Source of the DNA: Callorhinchus milii
Taxonomy: Eukaryota
Direction of reading: 5' to 3'
NCBI RefSeq assembly: GCF_018977255.1
Contig: NW_024704743.1
Location: forward strand, 50,470,001 to 50,534,000
DNA: 64,000 bases
Part shown: piece after piece, positions 11,900 to 23,849 of the stretch
Layout: each line of letters begins with the position of its first letter
How positions within the stretch are numbered: the stretch's first letter is position 1
Notes under the pieces: model-generated
Seen by the model: only the letters and a program-made list of their open reading frames with translations
What the model was told of the DNA's origin: nothing
The model's database searches: none
Position numbers and translations under genes: made by a program

Positions 11900-12490
11900 C
11901 CACATCTTGACAAACAACTCTATCTCTGTACCTCTACCCTGAAATACAGGACCAGTGCTATTCTGCTGTCAGATGTAAAGTCTTGGATGAGCTCCAACTT
12001 TCTTCAGTTAAATGTAGATAAAACAGGCTCTCCTGCTCAGCAACTCCTCACCTCAGGCACTGACAGCAACAATCTACACAAATGTACACCCACCTCACAG
12101 AGCCTGTGCAGAACCTCCGTGTCTTGTTTGACCCTCAACTGTCCTTTAAACGGCACATCCATACCATGATATGTTCTGCCTTCCTCCATCTCCACAACAT
12201 TGCTCACCTCCGCCAAGGTCTCTCCCCTCAAGCTACTGAAACTCTCATCCATGCTTTCATTATGTCCAAGCTTATCTCTGCTAACTCTCTGCTCGTTGGA
12301 CTTCTCAAATCTTCCCTCCACACAATGCAGATTAAGGTACCACGACCAGTGCTGTCCTCTCCTGCACTAAACTATCACCCCCACCCTTGCCAGGCTCCCC
12401 ATCCCCAAGATGATAAGAGTTCAAATTCTTTGTTCTCGCCTTCAAAGCCCTCCACGGCCTTACTCCTTCCTATGATCCTATGACCTATGA
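11900..12490 (+). mobile_element. Degraded L2 ORF2 fragment
   Basis: SWMSSNFLQLNVDKT, NLRVLFDPQLSF, ETLIHAFIMS motifs. Confidence 0.85.
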
Positions 12491-12971
12491 TCTGTTGAAC
12501 CATTACCTGGGCCAATAGAAAAATGCGACTGTACTTTTCCCACGGAATCTGCTACAGTGCGCTAGGCCCCGCTACAAACCCATATACAGTGTGGTAGATA
12601 GACCCTGCACACTCAACGCTGCTGCTCTGGTTGAGCGGCTCATCATGCGTGTGTAGCCCGGGGAGTGTTGGGATCGCGGAAGCGACGCGAACGAGAAATC
12701 GGCTTTGCCCGCGAGTGAGAGAGCCATGAAAGAAATAGCAGGTGCGGGACACTACTGCCACTATTTGCTCAGCCCTAAACTGAACTCTTGCAACAAATTC
12801 TTAGTAAGTGCTGAACTATTCAAATTAACATTTTTCGTATTTTAAACATAGCTACATGTTCAGGAAATATATGCTTATAGTTTTAACCAGGTTGTTTGAC
12901 AAAATACGTCTCTCAATAGCACTGTTGAAGCCCCTGCAACTTTTGGCAAATATTTCTGCAAATTTCTATTG

Positions 12972-13210
12972 TGTTGTCCTGTAGCTGTGTGGTTAGAGCA
13001 CTTGCCTCACAAGTGAGAGGATCTGGGTTGATTCCCGGGAGGGCAAAACATTGGTTAAGTTTCCGTACTCCACACCCCTCTGTTTACCTAGCAGTAAATT
13101 GGAACCCGCTTGTTAGTCGATTGGCGGATCACTTTTCTGGGCATAATAATCCCTTCAAAAAAAATAATAATAAATTGGTCAGCCAAACCACGAATGTTTG
13201 TGGGACACAA
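12972..13210 (+). mobile_element. Same SINE, long form, 3' part lost at the minisatellite
   Basis: tRNA head through GTTTGTGGGACAC. Confidence 0.85.
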
Positions 13211-13224
13211 ACATTCGTGGCGCT

Positions 13225-14160
13225 CCCCCTCCGACATGCAACCCCCACCCCCTCACTGATCTCCCCCTCACCACCTCGCATCCCCCCTCTCCCATTGACC
13301 TTGCCGCCCCCCCCCTCACCGACCTCGCACCCCCCCCTCACCGATTTTCCCCGCCCTCACCGACCTCCCCACCCTCACTGACCTCTCCCCCCCAATCACC
13401 GATCTCCCCTTCCTCACCGATCTCCCCCCCTCCTCACCGATCACCAATCTTCCCTCACCGATCCCCCCCCTCACTGATCTTCCCCCCCCTCACTGATACC
13501 CCCACTGATCTCCCCATCCCTCACTGATCCCCCTCCCCCTCACTGATCACCCTCACTGATAATAATAATAATAATAATCCTTGCATTTGATATAGCACTT
13601 TTCACGTCGGGAGGACGTCCCAAAGCGCTTCACAGAAGACACTGTAAAGGAATTGACTGTATATTTGTGGGCGAACGCGGCAGCCAATTGCGCACAGCAA
13701 TGTCCCACAAACAGTCATAGATTGAAAATGACCAATTTATTATTGTTTTTGGTTTTGGAGGGAATATTATTAGGCTCTGTGTGGAGTAAGGAAACTTGCC
13801 CAAGGTTTCGCCCTCTGCCTGGAATTGAACTCAGGTCTCTCACTTGCAAAGTGAGTGCTCTAACCACTGAGCTACAGGACTCCACTGATCTCCCCCCACC
13901 TCACTGACCCCTCTCGCTGCCCCTCCCCCCCCGACCCCCCCCCTCCCTGACCCCCCCCCCCTCACTGACCCCCCCTCTCGCTGCCCCCCCTCTCGCTGAC
14001 CCCCCCGCACTGACCCCCGTCACTGACCCCCCTCACTGACCCCTCACTGACCCCTCACTGACCCCCCTCACTGACCCCCCTCACTGACCCCCCCTCACTG
14101 ACCCCCCCTCACTGACCCCCCCTCACTGATCTCCCCCTCACTGATCTCCCCACTCGCTGC
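13225..14160. repeat. C-rich degenerate minisatellite (CnTCACTGA/CnTCACCGA) in ICE1 intron 1, interrupted by a SINE
   Basis: Dozens of CCCCCTCACTGA-like units on both sides of the SINE at 13561-13883. Confidence 0.9.
13561..13883 (-). mobile_element. tRNA-Ala-headed Deu-type SINE, short form, full length
   Basis: GGAGTCCTGTAGCTCAGTGGTTAGAG (A box), TTGCAA loop, GAGTTCAATTCC (B box), core CTGTTTGTGGGAC...AATTGGCTGCCGCG, L2-like tail, (TTA)n. Confidence 0.92.
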
Positions 14161-14179
14161 TCCTCTCACACTAATGTCT

Positions 14180-14730
14180 CTCTCGCGGTCACTAACAACA
14201 ACTCACACGTGTGTGCAGCGTCTTTCAGGTCGGGAAGACGCCCCGAGGCGCTGACTGTCCCTCAGCCTCACACACACACACACACACTGACCTCTCTGAG
14301 GGAGTCACAGTTGGGACACGGGGCGGGGGTGACGGTCGCTGGCGCGGGGGCAGCTCGAGCCTCCCCCGGCATCATATCGCTCAGTGCGGGCAGCACCGCC
14401 CTGCGTCATCAGCCGCCGACCGACACAACCCGACCCGACCCACAGCCACTCAGGACCCACAGCCACTCAGGACCCAACCACCGGCTGCCTGCCCACCCGC
14501 CCGCCGGAGCAGCTCAACGCCACACCGAACGAAGACACAGTAGGCTACAAAGAGCAGGGCACGGAACGGAGACGGTTGTCGATCCATTTTACATTGAAAA
14601 TGGTGTTTAATAAACAGGCAAACTCTCTGGACACCTCGAGAGTGAAAGTGGACCCCCCCCCTCCGGGCCCGTGTGCAGCGTCGCAGTCACCGACACTGAG
14701 AGTTAGAATCGTTGACACCAATTGATCAAT
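14180..14730 (-). promoter_or_regulatory. CpG-rich promoter / 5' UTR of ICE1
   Basis: Local CpG and GC enrichment around exon 1 in a CpG-poor background. CRE-like TGACGCA near 14402-14408. TSS cannot be determined from sequence. Confidence 0.75.
14292..14375 (-). CDS. ICE1: ICE1 coding exon 1 (MMPGEARAAPAPATVTPAPCPNCDSLRE)
   Basis: ATGATG start in a CpG-rich region, 84 nt, donor GAG|GTCAGT. Resembles the vertebrate ICE1 N-terminus as I recall it (MMPGE...CxxC.SL..) and joins NLNEYV in phase 0. Confidence 0.93.
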
Positions 14731-14734
14731 CACT

Positions 14735-14965
14735 GACAGCGTCACAATCAATCACCGACGCCGACAGCGTCACAATCAATCACCGACGCCGACAGCGTCA
14801 CAATCAATCACTGACGCCGACAGCGTCACAATCAATCACTGATAGCGTCACAATCAGTCACCGATAGCGTCACAATCAATCACTGACAGCGTCACAATCA
14901 GTCACCGACAGCGTCACAATCAATCGCCGACAGCGTCACAATCAATCACCCATAGCGTCACAATC
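14735..14965. repeat. 22/28-bp minisatellite, ~10 units (GACAGCGTCACAATCAATCACC +/- GACGCC)
   Basis: Three 28-bp units, six 22-bp units and one partial unit read directly. Confidence 0.95.
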
Positions 14966-15489
14966 TCTGACAGTGTCCCACTCAGAGCTGGTGGCCCAGT
15001 CAGTGCTATGGCTGAGCTGCCATCAATAGTTCCTGGTGGACTACATACCCTCCACTTATCCCATTTGCATTTAACCCCCCCGCCCCCGAACTGAGCTAAC
15101 CCTCCCCCCCACCCCTCAAAACACCCCCATTTCTACTCCCCACCCTCCGCTACTCAGCCTCAGTTCTTCTCCCCCATCGCAACACGCGTCGATGGTTGTC
15201 CCAGAGGAGCCACCCCGACTGCCCCACTGCCCACTCCACAAGACTCCCCTGCCTCCAGAATGCAAACCCCCCTTCCCTCATCCACATCCGCACCCTTCCC
15301 AACTCTCCTCCCCCCTCAAAACCCTCAGTCATTTCTCCCCCCAAAATTTGCAACCCTCAAAACCCCTACCCCCCTCAGCCCCTTCACCCTCTCCCATCGG
15401 CGCACCTACCCGCATCAGCCTCCAAAACATCTGCTCCCTCTCCTACCCCATGTCCCCCACCACCCCCATTCCTTCTCCACCCTTTGCTC

Positions 15490-16715
15490 CCACGGACCCC
15501 AACCTACATTCCGTTTCCCCCATCTCTCCTTTCTCCCTCTCATCCTCCATTACTCAGAAGAAACCCACCAGCTGCTGCCTCGACCCCCTCCCCACCCACC
15601 TGCTGGTCGCTCAACTCCCTCTTCTGTCCACTGCTGGCAGACACCATAAATCAGTCCACTCCTCAAAACTGCTGTCATCACCTCACTCCTTAAAAAACCT
15701 ACTCTTGATCCCTTCAACCTCGCTCGACTGTCACTACTGTCCCATTTCAAACCTGCCATTCCTGGCCAAAGCCCTTCAATGCATTGGTACAAACCAACTT
15801 TGCTCACATCTCACACCTCGAACCCCTCCAGTCCGGTTTCCTCCCTTCCCACAGCAAAGACAGCGCTCCACAATGTAACAAAATGACATCCTCCCTCTGT
15901 GACCAGGACGCCCTCTGCCTCAAAGTCCCCCTGGACCTCTCTGCGGGGTTCGACAAAGTTGAGCGCGCCACCTTCCTCCACCGTCTCTCCTCCCTCATCC
16001 ACCTTAGTGAGACCACACTCGCATGGTTCAAGTCCTACTTAACCAACAGCCAGCACTTCATCTCGGCCAATGGTTTTTCCACTGATCTGTGGGGTACGCC
16101 AAGGCTCCATCCTTAGCCTCCTTCATTTCCTTATCTACATGGTCCCTCTCAGCGATATCATCCACAAACACAGTGTCAACTTACGCATGTATGCGGATGA
16201 CACACAAATCTACTTCTCTCGGTGCGACTCCCAGTCAGCTGATGTCCTGTCAGCTTGTTTTGACAAACATCAAGGCCTGGATGAGCGCAAACTTTCTGCA
16301 GTTGAATGTTGACAAGATGGAAGCCATATTCTTTGGCTCCGTCAATATCTTCTCTCCTGCAGTTCAGACCTCTTCACCCTCTCCGATCTCCTCACCCACA
16401 CTGATCTCTCCCTAAGACTGACCGAATCCCTCCCCAGCTATCCTTCATACCCTACAACCAGTCGCTGACCAGGACCTCCACCACATTGCCATGGCCATGA
16501 CTGTTTCCCCCACCTCTGCCACATTGCCTGTCTCCATCCATACCTCACTCCAAAAGCTGCCGAAACTCTCGACCACATCTTCATCACCTCCTGCCTTGAC
16601 TACTCAAATGCCTTCCTCGCTGGTCTCATAGTCCCCCTGGACCTCTCTCCACTATTCACAAAATTCAACTAATTCAAATCTCTGCTGTCCGCATTCTCAA
16701 CCGTACTAAACTCCG
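15490..16715 (+). mobile_element. Old fragmented L2 LINE ORF2
   Basis: KPTSCCLDPLPTHLL, PISNLPFLAK, LDLSAGFD and YADDTQ motifs spread over several frames. Confidence 0.88.
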
Positions 16716-16717
16716 TA

Positions 16718-17025
16718 CCTAGCTCAGTGGTTAGAGGACTCGCTACGCAAGTGAGAGACCCGGGTTCGATTCCTGAGCAGGGCGAAATGTTGGGCAACTT
16801 TCCTTCCTCCACAAACCTGTTTACGAAGCAGTAAATAGGAACCTGGTTGTTAGTCGATTGGCGGATTGCTTTTCCGGGGGTAATACTTCCTTCAAAAAAA
16901 ATCCATGACTGTTTGTGGGACCCTGCCATGCACAATTGGCTGCCGCGTTTCGCCCACAAAATGTAATCAATTCACTTTACAATATATTTTGTGAAATGTT
17001 TTGAGACATCTCGAAGACGTGATAC
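16718..17025 (+). mobile_element. Same SINE, long form
   Basis: TAGCTCAGTGGTTAGAG...GGTTCGATTCC head, core and tail. Confidence 0.88.
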
Positions 17026-17907
17026 AGCACCCTGGGGAACACTACTTGTCACGACCGGCTAATCAGAGAACGTTCCTTTTATCCCTACTCTGTTTTCTGC
17101 CTCCCAACCAATTTCCAAGCCATGTCGCAAAGTTACCTCCAATTCCATGCTCTTTCATTTTTGCTAATAACCTCCTGTGCCGCAGCTTATCAATCACTAT
17201 GACACAGCCATACATTTCTTACAGATGTGTTTCCAGTTGTGAGGAAGGAGATTTAATGGATGAGCTACAGTAGCCCTAGAGCATTCACCACACGGAGTGA
17301 TAAATATCCACATAGGACCACCCTGCCGGCTGTTAACTTGGCTCAGTTGGAAGCACTCCTGCCTCAAAGTCACGAACATGTTAGTTCAAATCTCACAAGG
17401 TTCTTTTTCCGCTTGATTTGCTAGCCTCAGCTTTGTCTCCTTCTTCCCCTTTTTCCGATCACATCTGAAAACCTTCCTCTTCAACCGTGTCCCTCCCCCT
17501 GTCGCGCTCCGCCACTATTTAGCACTCCGACGTGTGACTCCGCATGAAGGACAACTTAGTGAGGGCTCAAACCTGTTCTTGTTGGATGTCAAATGACCAG
17601 CTATTGAGTATCCTCAAAGGGGGTGGAGAAGGGGTTTGGAGGTAAGCGTGGTCTCTTTTGGGCTAAATTAACTCAGGGCTAAGGTGACATGCCAGGTAAC
17701 AATATCAAATTCGAGTCAGTCATAACATAATAGTGTTAGCGGGGTGGTGCGGTGGTGGGTAGGCGAGGGGAGGGTCTGCAGTACTCCAGGAACTATTGTT
17801 GGCAACCCAGCCTTGGCTACCCTGGGATACAGGTAGCCAAAGCCCTATTGGGGAAAGTGATCGGAGCTGGACAATCCGTGGGAAGCTTGCCAGAGAGGGC
17901 TTGTAAT

Positions 17908-18446
17908 CAGGCCTGAATTAAACTTGATGGGTCCCAGGGCTGTTATAGTTTGGGAGCCCCTCTAAGGGAAAGATGAAGGACCAAAGAGAATTGTGTTTTT
18001 TAAAATATATTTATTTGCAGTTTATATTTAATGTTACAGAAATAAAGCTACCATCAAATTTAAATAATTTTCTTACTGTATGAATGTTTCAGCATCATAG
18101 TGTGGGAACAACATAAGAGACAGTGTGGCTCGTAATTCAAAGGTTAATGAAATTGAGGGAGCAGAAGGTCTCAGCCAGTGTTATGGCCAAGATAAGTCTT
18201 GGCACAACAACACACACTGATTTTATCAGTTCGATATCAATCAGGAATTGAATGATGCTGTTTCATAGATGCACTTGATCCCTGGTTCAGTGATTTCTCC
18301 TCATCTGCTGCCTCTTCTTTCCATCTCACACTTCACACAGCGCATGCGCGAGAAGCTGATAATGAGGCGCAAAGGTACTTCAACCTCCCCTCAAAATCCA
18401 GGGCCCTGGTCTGCAGCCCCTAAAGACCTGCATTACTCCGGCCCTG
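17908..18446. mobile_element. Non-autonomous hAT-type element with 8-bp TSD
   Basis: Ends CAGGCCTGAATTAA / TTACTCCGGCCCTG. Flanks CTTGTAAT (17900-17907) and CTTGCAAT (18447-18454). Splits a host repeat that rejoins cleanly. Confidence 0.8.
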
Positions 18447-18631
18447 CTTGCAATAGCACGGTGTATGGTTTTAGCTGTTTAACTCCAGCAGTGCCCCCAA
18501 CACACTGGGTGTCCCCTAGTCTCGGTTTTAACCAACCTGCACTTAATACGTCCCAAGATTATGTAAGCAGGATGCATCCCTCAAAGGTAGAGCATGCGCA
18601 TTCCATTCCAGACACTGGCAAATGTCCATGC

Positions 18632-18632
<1 letters not shown>

Positions 18633-18663
<31 letters not shown>

Positions 18664-18930
18664 CCATATATTTGATATAGCGCCTTATCACTTCTTTGAG
18701 ACGTCGCAAAGCACTTCACAGAATATACTGCAAAGTGAATTGACTGTATATTTTGTGGGACAAAGTGCGGCAGCCAATTGCACACATCAGTGTCCCACAA
18801 ACAGTCGTGGATTGAGTGACCAAATTATTATTTTAAAAAATCTACATTTTTTTAAGGGATTATTACACCCCCAGAAAAGCGATCCACTAAACGACTAACA
18901 ACTGAGTTCCTACTTACTGCTAGGTAAACT
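18633..18930 (-). mobile_element. Same SINE, long form, 5' truncated, (TAA)n tail
   Basis: Body homology and ATA repeat. Confidence 0.88.
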
Positions 18931-19180
18931 GTTGTGGCATTTTGAAGTGATAGGTCACTATAGAAATATTAGTTCTTTTCTTGCATTTAGTATAGTACCT
19001 TTCATGTCAGGAGGACAACTCAAAGGGATTCACAGGATTTTACGGTGAAATGTAGTGACCATGCATAGGTAAACACAAAAGCCAGTTTGCGCACAACAAG
19101 GTCCCAAAAACAGCCATGAATTGAATGACTAACGTCGCATGGGAAGGCTCTGACAATGAAGCACACTCATAGCACAGTGT

Positions 19181-19470
19181 GGAGTCCTGTTGCTCAGTGG
19201 TTAGAACACTTGCCTCGCAAGCGAAAGACCTGGGTGCGATTCCCGGCAGGGTGAAATCTGATAATAATCCCTCAAGAAGAAAAAAATAAATAAAATTGGT
19301 CACTTCAATCCACGACTGTTTGTGGGACACTGCCGTGTGCAAATGGCTGCCGCGTTTTCCCACAAAATATACAGTCAATTCACTTTATACTATATTCTGT
19401 GAAGCGCGTTGAGACTCTAGAAGACGTGAAAAGTGCTATATCAAATGCAAGAATTATTTATTATTATTAT
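19181..19470 (+). mobile_element. Same SINE, short variant
   Basis: GGAGTCCTGTTGCTCAGTGG head, core and tail. Confidence 0.88.
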
Positions 19471-19929
19471 AACACTGTACATTGTTCAAAGTTGGTATAC
19501 CCACAATCTTCTGACTCAGAGACAAGAATGTTACCAATTTAGCCAGGCTGATGTCTACCTACCCACTCTAGCTTTGATTCATAGGGTTGAGGGCATGCTT
19601 CATGAATGGGCTGGTTAGGATGGTCAACCATCAACAATACCTTTAAGTACTGCTGCTGTATTGTCTGCATTATATATAATCCACACACTTTGGAGATCTG
19701 AAATGCTCATGACAAAAGGGTCTAATTTCTGATTTTTAACAGGTGTTACTATTTGTTTGACTTGATTTTCTACGTCGAATGAACCTGTGTTCACAATGGA
19801 GCTTCATGTCTGTGGAGGTTAATATTGAATCATGCTGATTTTTGCTGGTGCAAATGATGGGAAGGGAATATCCTCGAGAAACATTAACATTTTCTGTGCA
19901 GAAGAGGTCTTCTGTGCAATGGCTTGAAG

Positions 19930-20200
19930 TAGATCAAATTCAATATCTTCATCCTCACATCCAAATCCTTCCATAGCCTTGTCCCACCCTTATTCTGTGA
20001 CCTGCTCCAACCCTACTGATCTGATTGTTGTGCTCTCCGCTCAGTGAACACCAACCTACTTTATGTCTCATCGATGGGCGAGCTTTCAGCTATTCTGCCC
20101 CTGCTCTCTGGAACTCCATTTTGGAGTGGCTCCAACTTGCCCGTTCCCTCTCCACTTTTAAATCCTGCCATACTGCCTGAACTGTGCTTTTGGCGATGTC
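19930..20200 (+). mobile_element. Old L2 ORF2 C-terminal fragment
   Basis: Similar to the 3' coding region of the young L2 (gagctttcagc...ctctggaactcc). Confidence 0.7.
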
Positions 20201-21404
20201 TGTAATATATTCTGTGAAGTGCTTCTCAAAGTCTAGAAGATGTGAAAAGCGCTATATCAAATGCAAAGATTATTATTAATTTTTATTTTATTCCCCCCAC
20301 CCGAGCTTGGGTGGCCAGCCGGTTGTGTGAAGCATTTTGAGACATCCTCCTGACATGAAACACGCTATGTAAAAGTAAGTTATATACAATACAACACAAA
20401 TTTGCATTTATTTAATGCCTTTCACGTTGGATGTCCGAAAGCGCTATATTGTACGCTGTCTGTTGCACGTAGCACCTGTTTTAGAAATGGGGAATGGTGA
20501 TCTTAGGCACGATTTTGCTTGTCCATTAACTTAACAGAAACAGCTTTGCTGTGTGGAGCAAACTTCCCTTCACGGCCCCTCCTGGTTGAAGCCTGTTTTT
20601 CTTTCAGGCCAAATGTCCACGAGAAATTGTTTGTTGAATAAAGAAGTGAATCCTTGCATTCTCGTGAGGGAAATGACAAGTCCCACTGGTTATCGTGTAT
20701 TTACTCAGAGGAATACACAGACCCAGATGTTTCTTGTCAATTTTATTTTTGCTGCTTGGGCGAAACTCCTACATCTTTGAGTAAATGGCAGCTCTTACAA
20801 CTAATATTACATACAGATATTGTGTCTATTCAGTATTTTTACCTACAAAGATACGCAGTCACTACACTTTACAGTGAAACCTTTGAAGTGCTTTCAGACA
20901 TTCTCCCAACTTGAAAGGTACTGTATCAAATGTACAGATTATTATTTTAAAATATCAAAGGGAATACCAGGGAAACCATTTTGTAATCAAATACAAATTC
21001 AAGAGGCTATTATGCGAGTATGTGAAAGTAGGCCAAGCATTATCAGTAACTGATATTACATTCCTCTGTTTCTCAACGTGAAAAAAATCAAGCTTTGCTG
21101 CCAGATTTGTTGGAGTAAGCTCAGACCTGTTCCTGTTACCATGCCTGGGGTCACTCCTTGATATTGCCTGTCACACACCAGTTTGTACATATTCATCACT
21201 TTTAATTTACTATGAAGAGCAAAATCACCTAAGAGGATACCTTGTTGTATCTTATAGATGTCAGAGGAGGGAAGTGAAATGTGGTATGTGATAGTTAGTA
21301 CCTGTGTTAATTATCATATCATATGATACATTCCCCTCCCCACCCTTCTTCAGTGTGATTTACCGTAGTTCTACCTGCACAAACTATTGGGAATCCTTGT
21401 AAAG

Positions 21405-21575
21405 CTTCCTTCCTTCCTTCCTTCCTTCCTTCCTTCCTTCCTTCCTTCCTTCCTTCCTTCCTTCCTTCCTTCCTTCCTTCCTTCCTTCCTGCCTGCCTGC
21501 CTGCCTGCCTGCCTCCCTCCTTCACTCTCTCCTGCCTCCTTCCCTCCCTCCCTCCCTTCTTCCTCCCTTCCTTTC
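21405..21575. repeat. Compound microsatellite (CTTC)n(CCTG)n with pyrimidine tail
   Basis: Read directly; explains ORFs 21319-21698. Confidence 0.97.
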
Positions 21576-22268
21576 TTTGTCTCCTTCTCTCTATTTCTCC
21601 TTCTCCTTCTAACCTTTAAGGATTTGGCTTTCAGGGATAAAGAGGTGGCTCCACATCCACGTTTACAAGATGAGCCAGACATGCTGGTCAGACATTAACA
21701 ATACCTTAGATTATTGCAGAATTACTCAGAGACAGTAAAACTGCAGGGTAAACCGCGTTCACTTCCTGAGGAGAATATTTTCAGGCTTGGTGGTACTCAT
21801 TCTTTTGACCTCAAAAGAATAAGGGGTTTGACCCCATAACCCTGTGGATTTCGTTCTGGTGCTAAATCAACTGAGCTACCTGGGGGGTGGGGTAGTGGAA
21901 GAATTCTTGGATGTCTCCAAAGCAGGCTCCTGCCTTTTACTGCCAGAGGACAAGAGAAAAGGAATACAGAACAAAACAAGAAAATTTTTTTGACTCTAAA
22001 GCCAGACATTGCCAACATATGCACTTGGGAAAAATGTTTTATTCGTTATTTGAATCGGGTCATCCCAGACAACTCAGTCAACAACATGTACAATGCCATA
22101 GAGTATCACATCAAACAACACATACAGGAGAGAAAATTATGAAGTGTTTAGAAAATATGGATGCAACCAACTGAACAAGGAACTATAAATCAGTCAGAGA
22201 TTTAGACAAGTTCCTTGGGAATGATAAGGATTCAGGGTTATTAGATGAGGTAAATTGTGTGGAAACAG

Positions 22269-23458
22269 TCAAGGCCCTGTCCTTGAGTGGTTTAGGTCGT
22301 TCCTCTCCTACCATTTTGTTTCCACAAACGGCTTTTCCTCCAGCCCCCGCACTGTCTCGTCCGGTGTCCCTCAGGGCTCTGTCCTCGATCCCCTCCTCTT
22401 CACCCTCTATATGCTCCCCCTTGGTGACATCATCCGCAGACATGGGGTTAACTTCCACATGTATGCGGATGACACCCAACTCTACCTTTCCTCCTCTACC
22501 CTCAACTCCACGACCACCGATGTCCTGACAGCCTGCCTGTCCGACATCGAGTCCTGGACGAGAGACAACTTTCTTCAGCTCAACGTGCGCAAAACTGAGG
22601 CCCTCCTGATTGGCTCACGTTAGCGCCTCCGCACCTCAGGCGCTGACAGCATCAGCATCCAAGGCTGCACTCTCCACCTCTCAAAGCCAGTCAGGAACCT
22701 CGGTGTTCTGTTCGATCCTGAGCTGTCCTTTCTTCCTCATATCCGCACCACAGCTGGCACTGTCTTCCACCACCTCCGGAATATCGCCAGACTACGGCAC
22801 TACCTCACCCCTCACGCTGCTGAAACTCTGGTCCACGCCTTTATCACCTCAAGGCTGGACTATGGGAACTCTCTCCTCGCCGGCCTTCCCGCCACCTCCC
22901 TCCACAAGCTGCAGGTCATTCAGAACTCTGCAGCTCGTGTACTGTCCCGCACCAGGCTTCGGGACCACATCACTCCCACCCTCGCTCGCCTCCACTGGCT
23001 CCCCATCCCCCAGAGGATCGAATTCAAGATCCTCATCCTCACCTACAAGGCCATTCACGGCCTCGCTCCCTCCTACCTCTCCGACCTACTATCCCCCTAC
23101 CTACCTGCCCGTACCCTCCGTTCCTCTGGCTCTGGTCTGCTCCACATCCCCCGCCCCAACCGCCCTACCATCGGTGGCCGGGCCTTCAGCCTCTCAGCCC
23201 CGAGGCTCTGGAACTCCATTCCCCAGTGTCTTCGCCGCCTCCTCCCTTTCCTCCTTCAAGGCCGGTCTCAAGACCTTTCTCTTTGACCGTGCCTTCAGCT
23301 CCCCTCTCGACTCTCTACCCCTCCTCGCCCCCTCCCTTCCCTCCCTTCACCCTGACCATTTCCCCCCTGCTCGGGTCCCGACCCAACTGTCCAGCGCCTT
23401 GGGACGTCCTCCCAACGTGAAAGGCGCTCTATAAATGAAATCTTGTTGTTGTTGTTGC
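22269..23458 (+). mobile_element. Young 5'-truncated L2-clade LINE (RT C-terminal part and 3' UTR)
   Basis: [13 protein letters not shown]...[10 protein letters not shown] motifs, premature TAG at 22621, 3' hairpin and (TTG)n tail. Confidence 0.93.
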
Positions 23459-23612
23459 TTATGTAGGTTGGATGCGTAGGTGATGAACCAGTAGTCTTGT
23501 TTATCACCCTTACTACAGCATGGTACTTGATATATGAGAAATCTATTTTATCTACTGTATATTTCTATAAAACACAGAGTGAAACATATCTATAAATTCA
23601 CAGTAAAACCAA

Positions 23613-23849
23613 TGGGGAGAAGCTTTATCTGGGTCTAGATTTCCTCTATTTACGCAGCACCTCAAAGAGTCCAAAATTTGGCTAATACTTAAATACAGCC
23701 TTGATTTAGAAGCCGTTTATACAATTATTAAAATAAATTACAGAAAACTTTCAAAATAAAGGCTGTGTTTAAGAAATTGCCAAATTCTGGAATGTTCTAA
23801 AATGCTAAGAAAATGGAGTTAATCTAGATCTGGGTAGAATTTCTCCCCA
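23613..23849. mobile_element. MITE-like foldback element, family B (partial copy ~55915-56070)
   Basis: TGGGGAGAA...TTCTCCCCA ends with imperfect complementarity over ~110 bp per arm. Confidence 0.75.

Noticed and set aside
14209..14725. Plus-strand ORFs of 110-133 aa over the CpG island
   Set aside because: Antisense to ICE1 exon 1, GC-rich and low in complexity, no recognisable protein.
14735..14965. CRISPR-like array
   Set aside because: Head-to-tail tandem units without unique spacers, eukaryotic context, no cas genes.
18269..18898. 209-aa ORF
   Set aside because: Chance read-through across a hAT end, family X, an (ATA)n tract and a SINE.
22610..23434. 274-aa Ser/Pro-rich ORF
   Set aside because: Alternative frame of C-rich L2 ORF2, not a separate gene.
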